From: Basidiobolus meristosporus CBS 931.73 | Taxonomy: Eukaryota > Fungi > Basidiobolomycota | Length of the DNA stretch: 64,000 nucleotides | Assembly (NCBI GenBank): GCA_002104905.1 | Contig: MCFE01000411.1 | Span: forward strand, 15,758-79,757 | Direction: 5' to 3' | Shown: piece by piece, positions 1-11,976 of the stretch | Position numbering within the stretch: the first letter of the stretch is position 1 | Layout of the letters: every line of letters starts with the position of its first letter | Position numbers and translations under genes: made by a program | Notes under the pieces: model-generated | The model's database searches: none | What the model saw: only the letters and a program-made list of their open reading frames with translations | What the model was told of the DNA's origin: nothing

Positions 1-479
1 TATATACATTTTTCTTGACCTGTTGGGCCACAGGAATGAATACGGAGGGGGGAAGAGCCATGTAGAAGACCCGGTTGGTGTTCTTCCTCTCGCCGGCAAG
101 CTCCTCGAGGTATTGGTTCAGCTTCTGGAACGAGGCGTCCTCGTCATACTGACCGCTGATGTAATGGAGATGCTCCAAAAAGCCGTCGACCAGGTTGCGC
201 TCACTGGGGATGAACTTCAGGTAGGAGGCGATACGCTTCTTGAACTCGTCAAGCTCAAGATGGGAGCGAGCGTAGCCGACGATGTGGGTGTCTCTGGAGA
301 GGAACCGGTTTCTGTAAAGGCCGAACAGGGCAGGGTAGGTCTTCTTTTTGGCCAAGTCTCCGGAGGCTCCGAATACTACAAGGACAAAGGAAAGTCAATA
401 TGCGGTCCCCACCAGGGAAGAAGTATCGATAAGGCTACCCACCCACAATCACTGTGCTCTCTTGCGTAAGGTTGGTCAT
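1..479 (-). CDS. G6PD: Glucose-6-phosphate 1-dehydrogenase, 5' part (exon 479-443, intron 442-376, exon 375-<1; continues beyond the window start)
   Basis: Manual splicing of the minus strand gives [50 protein letters not shown]...NRVFYMALPPSVFIPVAQQVKKNVY. This contains the G6PD NADP-binding motif [10 protein letters not shown], plus GYARS and FYMALPP. The phase-1 intron rebuilds the codon G|TA (Val). Confidence 0.97.
376..442 (-). other. 67-nt spliceosomal intron of G6PD
   Basis: Minus strand begins GTGGGT, has a branch-like ATTGAC and a pyrimidine tract, and ends TTGTAG. Removing it restores the G6PD frame. Confidence 0.92.
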
Positions 480-2620
480 CCTAAGCGGGGGTGGAGGAAG
501 GATAAACGGTCGAGGGGAATGAATGAGTAGAGCGCTGGAGGAAATTAGGAATTTATGGAATCCGTTACGAAACCGATATAAAAGCCTGGTGCATAATGGG
601 GGCCCAAATCTGACCTTCTCTCCACCCTCACCCTCACCCTCGTCCTGGTCCTCATCTCGCCAAATATGGGAATCTCGGATTGTCCGTGGTTTGCTGATGG
701 CAATCACCCGCTTGAGCGCATTGAAAAAAATCCATTCGTCATTGCCAATCGGTCTGGGTGACGTCACCTGACTCTTCACCATGGGTCGCACCGCTGGTGA
801 CAAGGATAAGCAGCATTTGACATGTCTGTCACACGCGAGGCATATCTACGGGTTAGAGTTTGTGTGGGCAGATAGATTGGCCAACAAATCGCCATTACTA
901 ATCAATTGGAGATGTGGTTCGATTCGGGTTGGCTGGATTTCTTTGGAAGTCCAGCGAACCGGGAATTCATGCGAGATTTGGGAATGGCTTGGAGTTGGTA
1001 AGCGATGGGCCGGCCGATAAGCACTGCGGTTTGCCCGGACAATTTTCCATTACTCATCACCAACCTTATCACGGCAATAGTGGTGCAAAGGCCAATTTGG
1101 CTTCCGTCGCCGTATCGGTCCCCCGGGATACTGAGGTGGCGTGATCAGAAATTCCATGCCCCGGGTAATCTGCTCTGATCGGTGCGGTCGTGAGAGCCTG
1201 CCTTGGGTGCTTGCTTGACTGATGTGTGTGTGTTTGTAAGGGACGGTTATTTATCTCTCGTGCAGCGCGTGGCCCAATCATGTGCAATCCAGTCCTCTCT
1301 TGTCTAGCACCTAATGGTCCGCAAGCAGTCGTGCGTATCGATGACCTCTGGATTTCAACTGCCACGGGGATTTTCTTGAGATCCACATGGTGCACAAGTC
1401 TGGATGGACCACCGCCTCTTTCTGCCTTCATGGCCAAAGGCGCTACTCAGAAGCTCCGGTATAGATTGAGGACATGACTGGACTGACTTTTGCGGAGGCT
1501 TCATTTCCGGTTTTTTCATTTGGATATGACGAGATGATCGACGAGCAATCTCCGGTCGGGCAATACGTTCCGTCGTGTGAATGGGACAGGGGAAGTGGAT
1601 GTGGAAGTGGATGTGGAGAGCGACTGTGCAGCGATTCCCATACCGGCTGTCATCGACTGCGCTTGCCGTCCACCTTGGTGCCTTCTCTCCAAAATCGATC
1701 CCAGGGTGCAGTCACCGAACCCCTCCAATACATGACGGCGAAATCGACAAGATCTCATTTCCCCGAAATGGTTGGAAATGGTAAATAAATGCTCGGTTCC
1801 TCAACCAACCACGTTTGAGGCCCAAATGGGCTTGTTCACCCGTCGCATATTCTCCACCGATTTATCGGTAGATTGGCTGACATATCTTGGGCCGTAGCAG
1901 ATAGCTAGAGTGGACCACCTGCCGACTTCCACGAGACGATCGTGTGGAAGGCCCTAGAACATTGGGGGCTGGTTTCCGCAGCGGTTGGCGGAGCTTGGAA
2001 TCGTATCTGACGAGGTGCGACTGCCAAAATAAGCATGAAACCAAGGTACACGGTTCGGCAAAGTCTGCATTCATCACCCTTCGCCCAGCCGATTTTGCTG
2101 TACGCGTTATCTGGTGTGAAGAACTGGACTCCCATCCCAGCGGATGTAGTCCCGGCTCTCTTCGGAAATGGTTGGTCCTGGCCCGTTTGAATTTCATCCG
2201 GTTCCCACTCACTCACGACGGAAAGTGGCACCATGGGTGGTTTGTTGGGTTTACTGACAACCATACGACGGCTAAACCTTCTCCCGGAATCATCTATCCT
2301 GGGTTAGCTTTTAGAAGTGGGTTTCAATGTCTTGAAAGTGAAAAATTTCCGGCATCAGTCAAGAGGCCTGATTCGTCAGTTATGCGGGTGTGACTCCAGG
2401 TACTGGGAAGACGCTGTTACTTTATTGTATAGAGGTACTTTTGGTCAAGCTCTTGAATCGCGGCTAATGTCCGAAGTCCCTGGGGATGATCTCTGTCCCA
2501 ATGTGTCCACATTTCAGCTAAAAATTAAAAAAAAAAAAGATTCCGTCATAGTTTGGACAATGCTCATGTTGGTGCTAAGAAATACCCTTCTGTCACAATA
2601 CCGCCATCAGCGCTAGCTAT
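480..2620. promoter_or_regulatory. CpG-rich, non-repetitive host region upstream of G6PD (likely promoter/5' UTR; no recognisable CDS)
   Basis: Lies 5' of the G6PD ATG and keeps abundant CpG, unlike the rest of the window. The track ORFs here resemble nothing I recognise. Confidence 0.4.
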
Positions 2621-2783
2621 GGGGATTCAAAGGTATGGGGTATTTTGATTACCAAGCTTGGTCCCAAGGCTACTCATAGATTTCAAAATTCTTCTCTACT
2701 GATTCTCAAATCGCTGGTTTCTTAACCCATGTTGAGCTTATAATCTATGGGCTAGCTCTCGAAGCTAGAAAAGTTTCTGGTGC

Positions 2784-2847
2784 TGTTATGATAGTTGTGG
2801 GGATACTTATAATCACTGGGAGAACAAGTTGATCATATGGTTATTAC
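2784..2847 (-). repeat. Short remnant of a diverged copia-type LTR
   Basis: tgttatgatag...gggagaacaagttgatcatatggtt aligns by eye with the start of the adjacent LTR (tgttgtaagag...gggagaacaagtagattatgtggtt). Confidence 0.55.
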
Positions 2848-5800
2848 TGTTGTAAGAGTCTTGGATATATTGGAAGTGATTGGGAGAACAAGTAGATTAT
2901 GTGGTTTTCACTTAATGATTTATTGAATGTAAAAGTGGTATTTATACTTTTACCCGGTCTTGGCATAAAAAACACGTAGAATAGGTTAAGAAAGGTCCCA
3001 AGAACATGTGTGCAAAGTTTGGGGCTGTTTGGACAACTTTGAGAATTTTGATGTTCTGGTTTCCTGGTATTTTGGTGAAAATATTCTAAGTAAATCCCAA
3101 CAAGGAATTTGGTCAGTATTCTCTAGGATTTGAAGGTAATGATCTAAGTGACTAAGTTAGGTGAATATTTAGGTGGAATTACAAATTTTTACTACACTCC
3201 CACTCAGCTAAATGTTCATACTGACTAGTCCTAATTCTGACCTAAGATATTCAAACTTGTCTCTAGCTAATGGTTTGGTAAATATGTCTGCAATCATTTC
3301 ATCTGTAGGACAGTAAACTAAGCTAACTAAGTTATTTTCTATAGCTTCACGTATGAAATGATGTCTAATATCTATGTGCTTGGTTCTAGCATGAAAAGTT
3401 GGATTTCTACCTAATTGTATACATCCTTGATTATATTGAAATAAAGCAATAGGCATTTTTTGACATAGGCCTAAATCTGTAAAAGGCTTTCTTAACCACA
3501 TTGCTTTTTTTTGTAGCTTCACAGGCTGCCATATACTCTGCCTCTGTGGTAGAAAGTACTACAGTTGGTTGCTTTCTTGAATTCCATGAAATTGCTCCTT
3601 TACAGTAAAGAAAGGTGTATCCTGTGGTGGATCTTCTGTCTTCTAAATTCTGTCCCCAATCAGCATCAGAGTATCCCACAAGATCCTGTTCTGAATCCTT
3701 ATAAGTGTATCTTAGGCTGATATCAGCAGTTCCTTTTAGGTATCTAAAAATCCGCTTAACTGCTGCAATATGATCAAATCCACTGTTCTGATTATGTTGG
3801 CTGACAACTCCCACCAAATATGAGATATCTGGACATGTTCCAAGCATGATATACAGCAGACTGCTGGCCATAGATTACTAAGGAAAGTCAGGGCTTTCAG
3901 ATGGCACCAAGCTCTCTTGATTTGGTTGTGTTTTGATCAAGTTAAGGTTTGTCTCCATTGGGGTAGCTGCTGGTTTACAGTCTTCCATTTTTTACTTCTT
4001 TAGTATATCTTGAATATACTTGGATTGGCTTGGGATGATAGTCTGGGTACATCTGTCTATGGACAACTTAATCCCTAAGTAGTAACTGAGTTCTCCTATA
4101 TTGAACATCTTGAACTCCTTAGATAGGCTGGATTTAGTCTCTTCCAATGTTTCTAGGTTATTGGCAGCTATAATAAGATCTTCCACATATAGAGCTAATA
4201 GAACTGGATTTGCTATCTTCTGGCTTATAGTATATACTATAGTCAGCATTACTCCTTTGGAAACTCAAAGATTCCAAATAAGAGTCTTTCTTGCAATTCC
4301 AGGCTCTAGGTGATTGTCTGAGACCATATAGTGACTTTTTAAGCTTGCAGACCAAATGGGGGTTATCTTGGTCACAAACCCGTCAGGCTGGTCCATATAC
4401 ATGTCCTCATCAAGTTCTCCATTCAAATATGCAGTTTTTATATCCATTTGATGAAGAGAAAACTTATATTTGGCTGCAATAACCAATATTAATATGATGG
4501 AATTAAACTTGGCTACAGGTGCAAAGGTCTCAGTATAGTCAGGTCCTTTTGTTTGAGAGTATCCTTTGGCTACAAGTCTTGCTTTGTATCTTTCAATTGT
4601 ACCATCAGCCTTGTATGTTGTCTTGAAGACCCATCTGCATCCAATTGATTTTTGGTTGATTGGTAATTTGACTAAGTCCCAAGTTTGATTTTCCATCAGG
4701 GCCATATATTCCTCAGTCATTGCAGATCTCCAAAACTTTGTCTGAGGGCTATTTAGGGCCTCTTTTACAGTCTGGGGCTTATCAATATGGACTGAATAGG
4801 CATAGGCTAAGTTTGTACCCTCATCAGTATAGTAATTTGGGCTATTTCTTGTCCAATTGGATCTCCTGGCATTTGATACTGGAATGATCTCTTCTGGGAT
4901 ATTCCTGGGCACTGATTCTGGCTGAACCATGGTTGCAGAGTCCTCTGGAGTGAAAAATTTTCATTGTTTTGCTCCAATTCAATCCTGACAATTGGTGGAC
5001 TTGAGATCAAATTTTTGTCATCATCTGATGTCATTTTTTGTGAATATTTTGAATTTTCATCAAACAACACATCCCTGGACTTGAACAGCTTCTTTGCTTT
5101 GGTATTGTAGAGTCTGTATGCCTTACTCTCATTGCAGTGGCCCAAAAATATGCATTTTACACTTTTTGGCTCAAATTTTGATTGATTTCTGGGCAGTTTC
5201 TTGGCATATGCTGTACACCCAAATATTTTAGATGTTCTGCACTTGGCCTGTATCCATGCCATGCTTCAAATGGAGTAGAGTCATGAAGTATTCTGTTATA
5301 ACTCCTGTTTTTCAGATATACAGCAGTGGCAACTGATTCCGCCCAAAAATCATAGGATAATTTTTGATCATGGATTATAGATCTTGCCATATCAATTATT
5401 GATCTGTTAGCATGTTCTGCTACTCCATTTTGCTGTGGGGAGTATGGTACAGTAGTCTCTTGCTTTATCCCATGAATTTTGCAAAAGTGGATGAAGAGTT
5501 TTGAGGTATATTCTACACCATTGTTAGAGTGTATTTTCTTGATTTTTTAACCAGTTTCTCTCTCCACCATGACTTTAAACTCCCTGAGCTTAGACAGAGC
5601 TTCTTCCTTTCTCTTCATGAAGTAGAACTATGTGTATCTTGTATAATTATCAACAAAAGTGATTAAATACTTCATCCCACCTAAGGATAAATTTTGCATG
5701 GGTCCACACACATCTGAGTGAATAACTACTTCTGGTACATAGAGTACTTCTTTAAAGGTCAGTGTATGACTTCCTTCACTGCATCTAAGGTTTACTTGGA

Positions 5801-7132
5801 GAGTTCCTTCTCCTACTGCATCAAGTGTTCTATTGTCACCCATGAAAACCTTCTTAATTGGAATTTCTTGATATTGGGTAAAAAGTTCTTTTTGGTGTGT
5901 AAAGTGTTGAGATGCTCCAGAGTCTATATGCCACATTTGAGAATCCTTGCTTGTGGTCATATTTAGTGAATAGTCTATCTTCAGTTGTTGCAGCATATCC
6001 ATATTCAGGCTTCTTTTGCTGATTATCTTTCTTTTTGAGACACCGGACTGATGTGTGTCCTTTCCTTTTGCAGTAGTTACAAAACAGGTTGCTGTTGCCT
6101 TTGTAGGGTCTTAGGTACCTCCTTTGTTGGTTATCATTGCTTCTTAAAGCATTTTCTTCTTCCTTCTTATTGGCACTTGATTTTCTTGATTCTTCATCAA
6201 GGAGCCTTCCATATACATAATTTAAGGTCAAATCTTCAGTTCTGGACACTAGTGCTGATACAAGGCCCTGAAACCTGTCTGTAAAGCTATTCAGGATGGT
6301 TACTATCACATCCTCATCAGCAGTTTGTATGCCCACAGATTCCATCTCATCTACCAGCAGGGTAATTCTGTTAAATAAATTTTTCATTTCTTCTCCTGGC
6401 AGAATCTTTGTAGTAAAGAATTTTGTCTCAGATACATTTGCTTAACAGCTGAGCATGACTGGTAGGTGTCTTCTAATGCCTTCCAGGCATTCTTTGTTGT
6501 TTTTGCTCTTGAGCATTGAATTAGCAATTTGTCCTTGACATTAAGGCAAATGTGGTTAAAGGCACTTTGTTCTTTCTTCTGGTACTTTAAGGCTTCCTAT
6601 CCCACGTTTTTAGGAGGGCATTCTTCTCCCATGACAATATCCCAAAGGCCTCTTTCTTGTAGCAGCATCTTCATCTTCACCTTCCACACTTGGTACTTAA
6701 ATCCATCCAACTTTTCGGCAGAGGGAAAATTCCAGTAACAGCAGTAGTAGACATTGCAGAGAGTGACAGCTCAGGGTTAATAACCTGTTGTAAGAGTCTT
6801 GGAGATATTGGAAGTGATTGGGAGAACAAGTAGATTATGTGATTTCACTTAATGATTTATTGAATGCAAAGTAGTATTTATACTTTTACCTGGTCTTGCC
6901 ATAAAAGATACTTAGAATAGGTTAAGAAAGGTCTCAAGAACATGTGTGCAAGGTTTGGGGCTGTTTGGACAAGTTTGAGAATTTTCATGTTCTGGGTACC
7001 TGGTGTTTTGGTGAAAATATTCAAAGTAAATCCTAACAAGGAATTTTGGTCAGTATTTTCTAGGATTTGAAGGTGATGATCTAAGTGACTAAGTTGGGTG
7101 AATATTTAGGTGGAAATACAAATTTATACAAC
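2848..7132 (-). mobile_element. Ty1/copia LTR retrotransposon copy A, degenerate, with an internal deletion between protease and integrase core
   Basis: LTRs at 2848-3196 and 6786-7132; PPT ctgagtgggag (3197-3207). Fragmented gag (CNYCKRKGH knuckle), PR (WHIDSGAS), IN, RT (HQMDIKTAYLNG) and RH (YSDADW, RTKHIDIRHHF) lie in copia order. The fusion LYVPE-VIHSDVCGP marks the deletion. Flanks (attac / acttt) do not form a TSD. Confidence 0.95.
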
Positions 7133-7865
7133 AGACTTGTTCCATTGGATAGTGCCACATTGAGCCATGAGTAGCAAATAATGCCATAGTGTGCCAGGGA
7201 GACCAAGTGAGCCTGTACTTGGCCACAGAGTATGAAACATAGCTCTCCATCTTCATGCAAAGCAGCCCCTGTGTTTGACCCATTGTACTGAAGAAAATCC
7301 ATTTTTTGACCTTTTTTTTGGATCAATGTTGTGCGGGATGTGGATGAGCACAGAAGGACTGAAGACATGAATCTGGTACTCAATACCCATGGCACTCTGA
7401 ATCTAGCTTCTGTGGCTTGTATCAAGTCACAAAAATGCATGGCACTATCTTGTTCCACTGGTACTATCAGGCACTGTATTTAAATATTAGCCCTAAAGTA
7501 AGACCTATATAAAGCACTTATAGTGCCAGATAGTACCAGTGGACCAAGATAGTGCCATACATTTTTGTGACATGATACAAGCCATAGGAGCTAGATTCAG
7601 AGTGCCATGGGTATTGAGTACCAGATGCATGTCTTCAGTCCTTCTGTGCTCTTTCACATCCTGCACAACATTGATCCAGAAAAAAAGGTCAAAAAATGGA
7701 TTTTCTCCAGCACAATGGGTGAAACACAAGGGGTGCTTTGCATGAAAATAAAGAATAATGCTTCACACTCTGTGGCCAATTTTAGGTCTGCTATGCCTTT
7801 CTGGCACTCAATGGCACTATTTGGCACTCATGGCTCAATGTGGCACTATCCAACAGAACAAGTCT
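7133..7865. mobile_element. 733-bp palindromic (foldback/MITE-like) element, copy 1
   Basis: Termini AGACTTGTTC...GAACAAGTCT; ~347-bp inverted arms around a ~38-bp spacer; TSD aac at 7130-7132 and 7866-7868. Confidence 0.9.
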
Positions 7866-7869
7866 AACA

Positions 7870-8200
7870 ACTTTATCAAGAGTATAAACACCATACTTTT
7901 GATCAATATATTTACAAGTCATTTACATGTAAATCCTATAGCTCTCCACATCTCCAATACTCCTCAGAATATTGTAACAGGTTATGAGCCCAAGCTTACT
8001 CTCCTCTTGGTGCCTACTTTGCTCTGGATCTGTTTCTGCTGGTCTGGGGATAGACTTTTGGCACTTTTGTTCTGCTAAAAGTTAAAGATGACTACTGCTG
8101 CTAATAAACTGTGTTTATGAGAATTTGCTATGGAGAAGAAGGCCTTGCCTTCAAAAGATGCTCCCAATAACTATTCAAATGACTTATGAAGATGAGTCTT
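7870..8200 (+). mobile_element. Remnant of a second copia family: LTR end, PBS and decayed gag start
   Basis: ...attgtaaca (7979) is followed directly by GGTTATGAGCCC (7980-7991). Downstream TTAANKLCL*EF resembles the gag motif SAAKKLYLRQKF. Confidence 0.6.
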
Positions 8201-8379
8201 TTGAACTGGCATGTAAATATGTCAAGAAATATAGTATGTTGGTGCACTATCACTACCAAAAAAAGTTGCATATGTCTAGCAACTGAGGGTTCAGATCAAC
8301 AATGAAATGTATTTTTATATGTATACATATGGCCCCAATTGACTGTAAGACAAGCTTTTGGATATGATATCATCCTGAG

Positions 8380-9295
8380 CCCTATGAAGATAATTGTGAT
8401 GATCCCATCAAAGGCTGTCACAAAATTGAATTCCATGATTAGGAGGTATTGATGCCATTAAGACACCCTACAAAGATAGTTTAGAAAAAATTGCACCTCA
8501 GATTTCACAAAAACCTAGGTCAAAACTTTTTGTCACAACATTACAGAAGTGGCTTTGGATTGGTTCTCTACCAATTCTCTCACTTTTGGATCCTAGATGC
8601 TCATTCACCTCCTACATTTGTGTACATTGATTGAGTGTTGCCTTTTTTTCACACTCCTTACTTCCTGACTAGGCCAATGATCTTACTTTTCATGCACACA
8701 AATTGCTCTATATCAGTTGAAATTTCAGTCTCTATTTAACTGCTGATTGTACTGACCTATACGAGTCCCTATACCCAACAGTATCACTGAGCCCAACCAC
8801 ACACTCAACAAGCAATTTCATTAAAATCCTGTATTCAATAAGTATTTTGACTGTAATGCCCTTTTCCATCACTTTGATGGGAACTGTACAGCTTTATGCC
8901 ATTGTTCATTCACTGGTTCCCGTATGTCCTGGTTTTCGGCCAGCACTACAAGGCCTAGCACCACATCTGCCAGTCATAGCAATAAATCCTTGCATTATTC
9001 AAGTGCATTTTGTTAAGCACCACTCTTGAAGTGGTGTTGGAAGTGCTTGGTGTGCCTAGTAATATTCCAAATTCTACTGTAGGCATTATGATGGTCATTT
9101 AAGTTCTTGATGTTGTGGCTTTGTCTGTTGGAAGGATATCCACTCTGCAACAGAGAATGCAGAGGTTGTGGTAGACACATTAACTTTCTCCAAAAGCTCA
9201 ACTACCTTGCTGCAGTGTGGCTCAACTGGCTGCACCACCATCTCTTCTGAGAATAGCTGGTGTCTTATTGTTGATCCTTCTTGGCTATGATGGGA
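8380..9295 (+). mobile_element. CACTA/EnSpm-like element, left-end fragment
   Basis: Starts ccctatgaagataatt. Homologous to 17896-18181, to 19000-19200, and in reverse to ~42780-43585. Confidence 0.7.
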
Positions 9296-11740
9296 CTCAA
9301 TCCTGACAAATGGCAGACTTGAGATCAAATTTTTGTCATCATCTGATGTCATTTTTGGCAAAAATTTTGAATTTTCATCCAACAACACATCCATGGACTT
9401 GACCAGCTTCTTTGCTTTGGTATTGTAGAGTCCAAACATTCTTAGATATTCTGCACTTGGTCTGTATCTATACCATGCTTCAAATGGAATAGAATCACAA
9501 AGTATTCTGCTATAACTCCTATCTTTAAGGTATATAGCTGAGGTAACTGATTCCACCCAAAAATCATAGGATAATTTTTGATTATGGTTCATAAATCTTG
9601 CCATATCAATTGTTGATCTGTTTGCATGTTCTGCAACTACATTTTGCTGTGGGGAGTAAGGTACAGTAGTCTCTTGTTTTATCCCATGAATCTTGCAGAA
9701 GTGGATGAAGAGTTTTGAGGTATATTCTCCACCGTTGTCAGAGCGTATTTTCTTGATTTTTTAACCAGTTTCTCTCTCCACCATGGCTTCAAACTCCCTG
9801 AGCTTAGACAGAGCTTCTTTCTTTCTCTCCATGAGGTCAACCCATGTGTATCTTGTGTAATCTTCAATAAAAGTGACTAAATATTTCATCCCACCTAAGA
9901 ATAAATTTTGCGTAGGTCCACACAGATATGAGCGAATTAGATCTAATTTTTTCTTAGTTTTGTTTAGCCCAGAGCTCTTGAACAGTTGTCTGGCTTGCTT
10001 CCCATATATGCAGGCTTCACAGTGCTCCAAACTAGCTGGGGGATCAGTTTTTACTCCGGAAATTAACTGATCTCTGATCATTTTGAGCAAATAATCAAAA
10101 TTGATGTACCTAAGTTTCCTGTGCCAAGGCATTGGTGTTTCTTCATTTAAGTTAGTTATATTGGCTTCAAGAAATGATGGAATATAAGCTAACCTATACA
10201 CATTCTGCTCTCTGATATGTAAAGCAAAATGAGCACCATTTTGATCAGTGAACCTGCATGCAGAATTGTCAAAGCTGAAACTGTGTCCTTCTGCAGTGGC
10301 CTTGGTTACAGATAGTAGGTTTGTAGCTATTTCTTGTACATTAAGTACTTCTTTAAAAGGCAGTGTATGGCTTCTGTCATTGCTTCTAAGGTTTACTTGG
10401 ATAGTTCCTTCTCTCACTGCATCAAGTGTTCTATTGTCACCCATGAAAACCCTCTTAATTGGGATTTCTTGGTATTGGGTAAAAAGTTTGATTTGGTTTG
10501 TAAAGTGTTGAGATGCTCCAGAGTCAATATATCATGTCTGAGATTCCTTTTCTGTAGTTGTATTTAGCACAGATATGAATACTCTATCTTCAGTTGTTGC
10601 AATGTTTCCATATTCTGGCTTCTTTTGCTGATTATCACTCTTTTCAAGAAACTGGTCTTAAGTGTGTCCTTCCCTTATGCAGTCATTGCAAAGCAGGTTT
10701 CTGTTGCCTTTGTAGGATCTTAGGTACCTCCTTTGTTGGTCATTGCTGCTTATTAAAGCCTTTTGCACTTCCTTATAGGGGCTTGATTTTGTGAATTCTT
10801 CATCCTGGAGCTTTTCATATACATAATTTAAGGTCAAATCTTCAGTTCTGGACTCTAGGGCTGATACAAGGCCCTGAAACATGTCTATCGGGCTATTCAG
10901 GATGGTAACTATCACATCCTCATCAGTAGCTGGTACACCCACAGATCTTATCTCATCCACCAGCAAGGTATTTCTGTTAAATAAATTTTTCATTTCTTCT
11001 CCTGGCTGCATCCTTGTAGTAAAGAGTTTTGTCTCAGATACAGTTTCTTAGCAGCTGAAGATGACTGGTAGGTGTCTTTCAATGCCTTCCAGGCATTCTT
11101 TGCTGTTTTTGCTCTTGAGCATTGAATTATCAATTTGTCTTTGACATTAAGGCAAATGCAGTTAAAGGCACTTTGTACTTTCTTCTGGTACTTCAAGGAA
11201 TCCTCTCCCAAATTTTTCAGAGGGCATTCTTTTACAATGACAATATCCTAAAGACCTCTTTCTTGCAGCAGCATCTTCATCTTCACCTTCCACACTTGGT
11301 ACTTAAGTCCATCCAACTTTTCAGCAGAGGGAAAATTCCAGTAATGGCAGTGGTAGACATTGCTGATAATGACAGCCTGGGGCTCATAGCATGTTGTAAG
11401 AGTCTTGGAGTTATTGGAAGTGACTGGAAGGACAAGTAGATTATGTGGCTTTCACTTAATAGTTTATTATATGTAAAAGTGATATGCATATTTTTACATA
11501 GTCTTGTCATAAAAAATACAAAAAATAGGTTAAGAAAGATTCCAAGAACATGTGTGCAAAGTTTGGGGCTGTTTGGACAACCTTGAGAATTTTCATGTTC
11601 TGGGTACGTGGTATTTTGGTGAAAATATTCTAAGTAAATCCTGACAAGGAATTTGGTCAGTATTCCCTAGGATTTGAAGGTAATGATCTAAGTGACTAAA
11701 TTAGATGAATAATAAGGTGGAATTACAAATTTTCATAACA
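9296..11740 (-). mobile_element. Copia 5' half (5' LTR 11392-11740, gag, PR, IN), truncated
   Basis: LTR with degenerate PBS (gggctcatagca on +). ORF fragments homologous to gag, PR, GAG-pre-integrase (CEACIYGKQ) and IN. Confidence 0.9.
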
Positions 11741-11976
11741 GCAACAGGCTCTTGAAAAGGTCATGGGCTTTTATCACTGCCAGCTCTAACTGCTCCTTTG
11801 ACTGAGCACTCTTTGTATTGAGCTACCTTTTTTTCTTAATAAATTATGCACTGCTGCATCTGTTTCTGCCTACTTGTCCCTTACTTTCACTGTTCTGGCT
11901 ACCTGATGTCTCTGTGCCACTCTTCTGGAGCTTTCAGCCCTACTTATAACAAGCTGTTGATGAAGCCACCTATTTT
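11741..11976. mobile_element. Small fragment of the CACTA accessory-ORF region
   Basis: Similar to 37870-38050 and 29280-29480. Confidence 0.5.

Noticed and set aside
23-469. 148-aa plus-strand ORF
   Set aside because: Antisense shadow of the G6PD exon, which has unmistakable motifs on the minus strand.
435-803. 122-aa minus-strand ORF ending [14 protein letters not shown]
   Set aside because: Only the last 12 codons (G6PD exon 1) are supported. It reads into the intron and stops, and the upstream part resembles nothing.
623-1617. Short tandem repeats (caccct)3 at 623-640 and ggaagtggatgt x2 at 1591-1617
   Set aside because: Ordinary microsatellite-scale repeats; not telomeric or CRISPR arrays.
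2527-2538. A-run as a LINE/SINE tail
   Set aside because: No TSD or upstream retroposon features were found.
7081-8078. 60-125 aa ORFs recurring in the palindromic elements
   Set aside because: They recur because the DNA is repeated. Start and stop positions vary among copies and no domain is recognisable.
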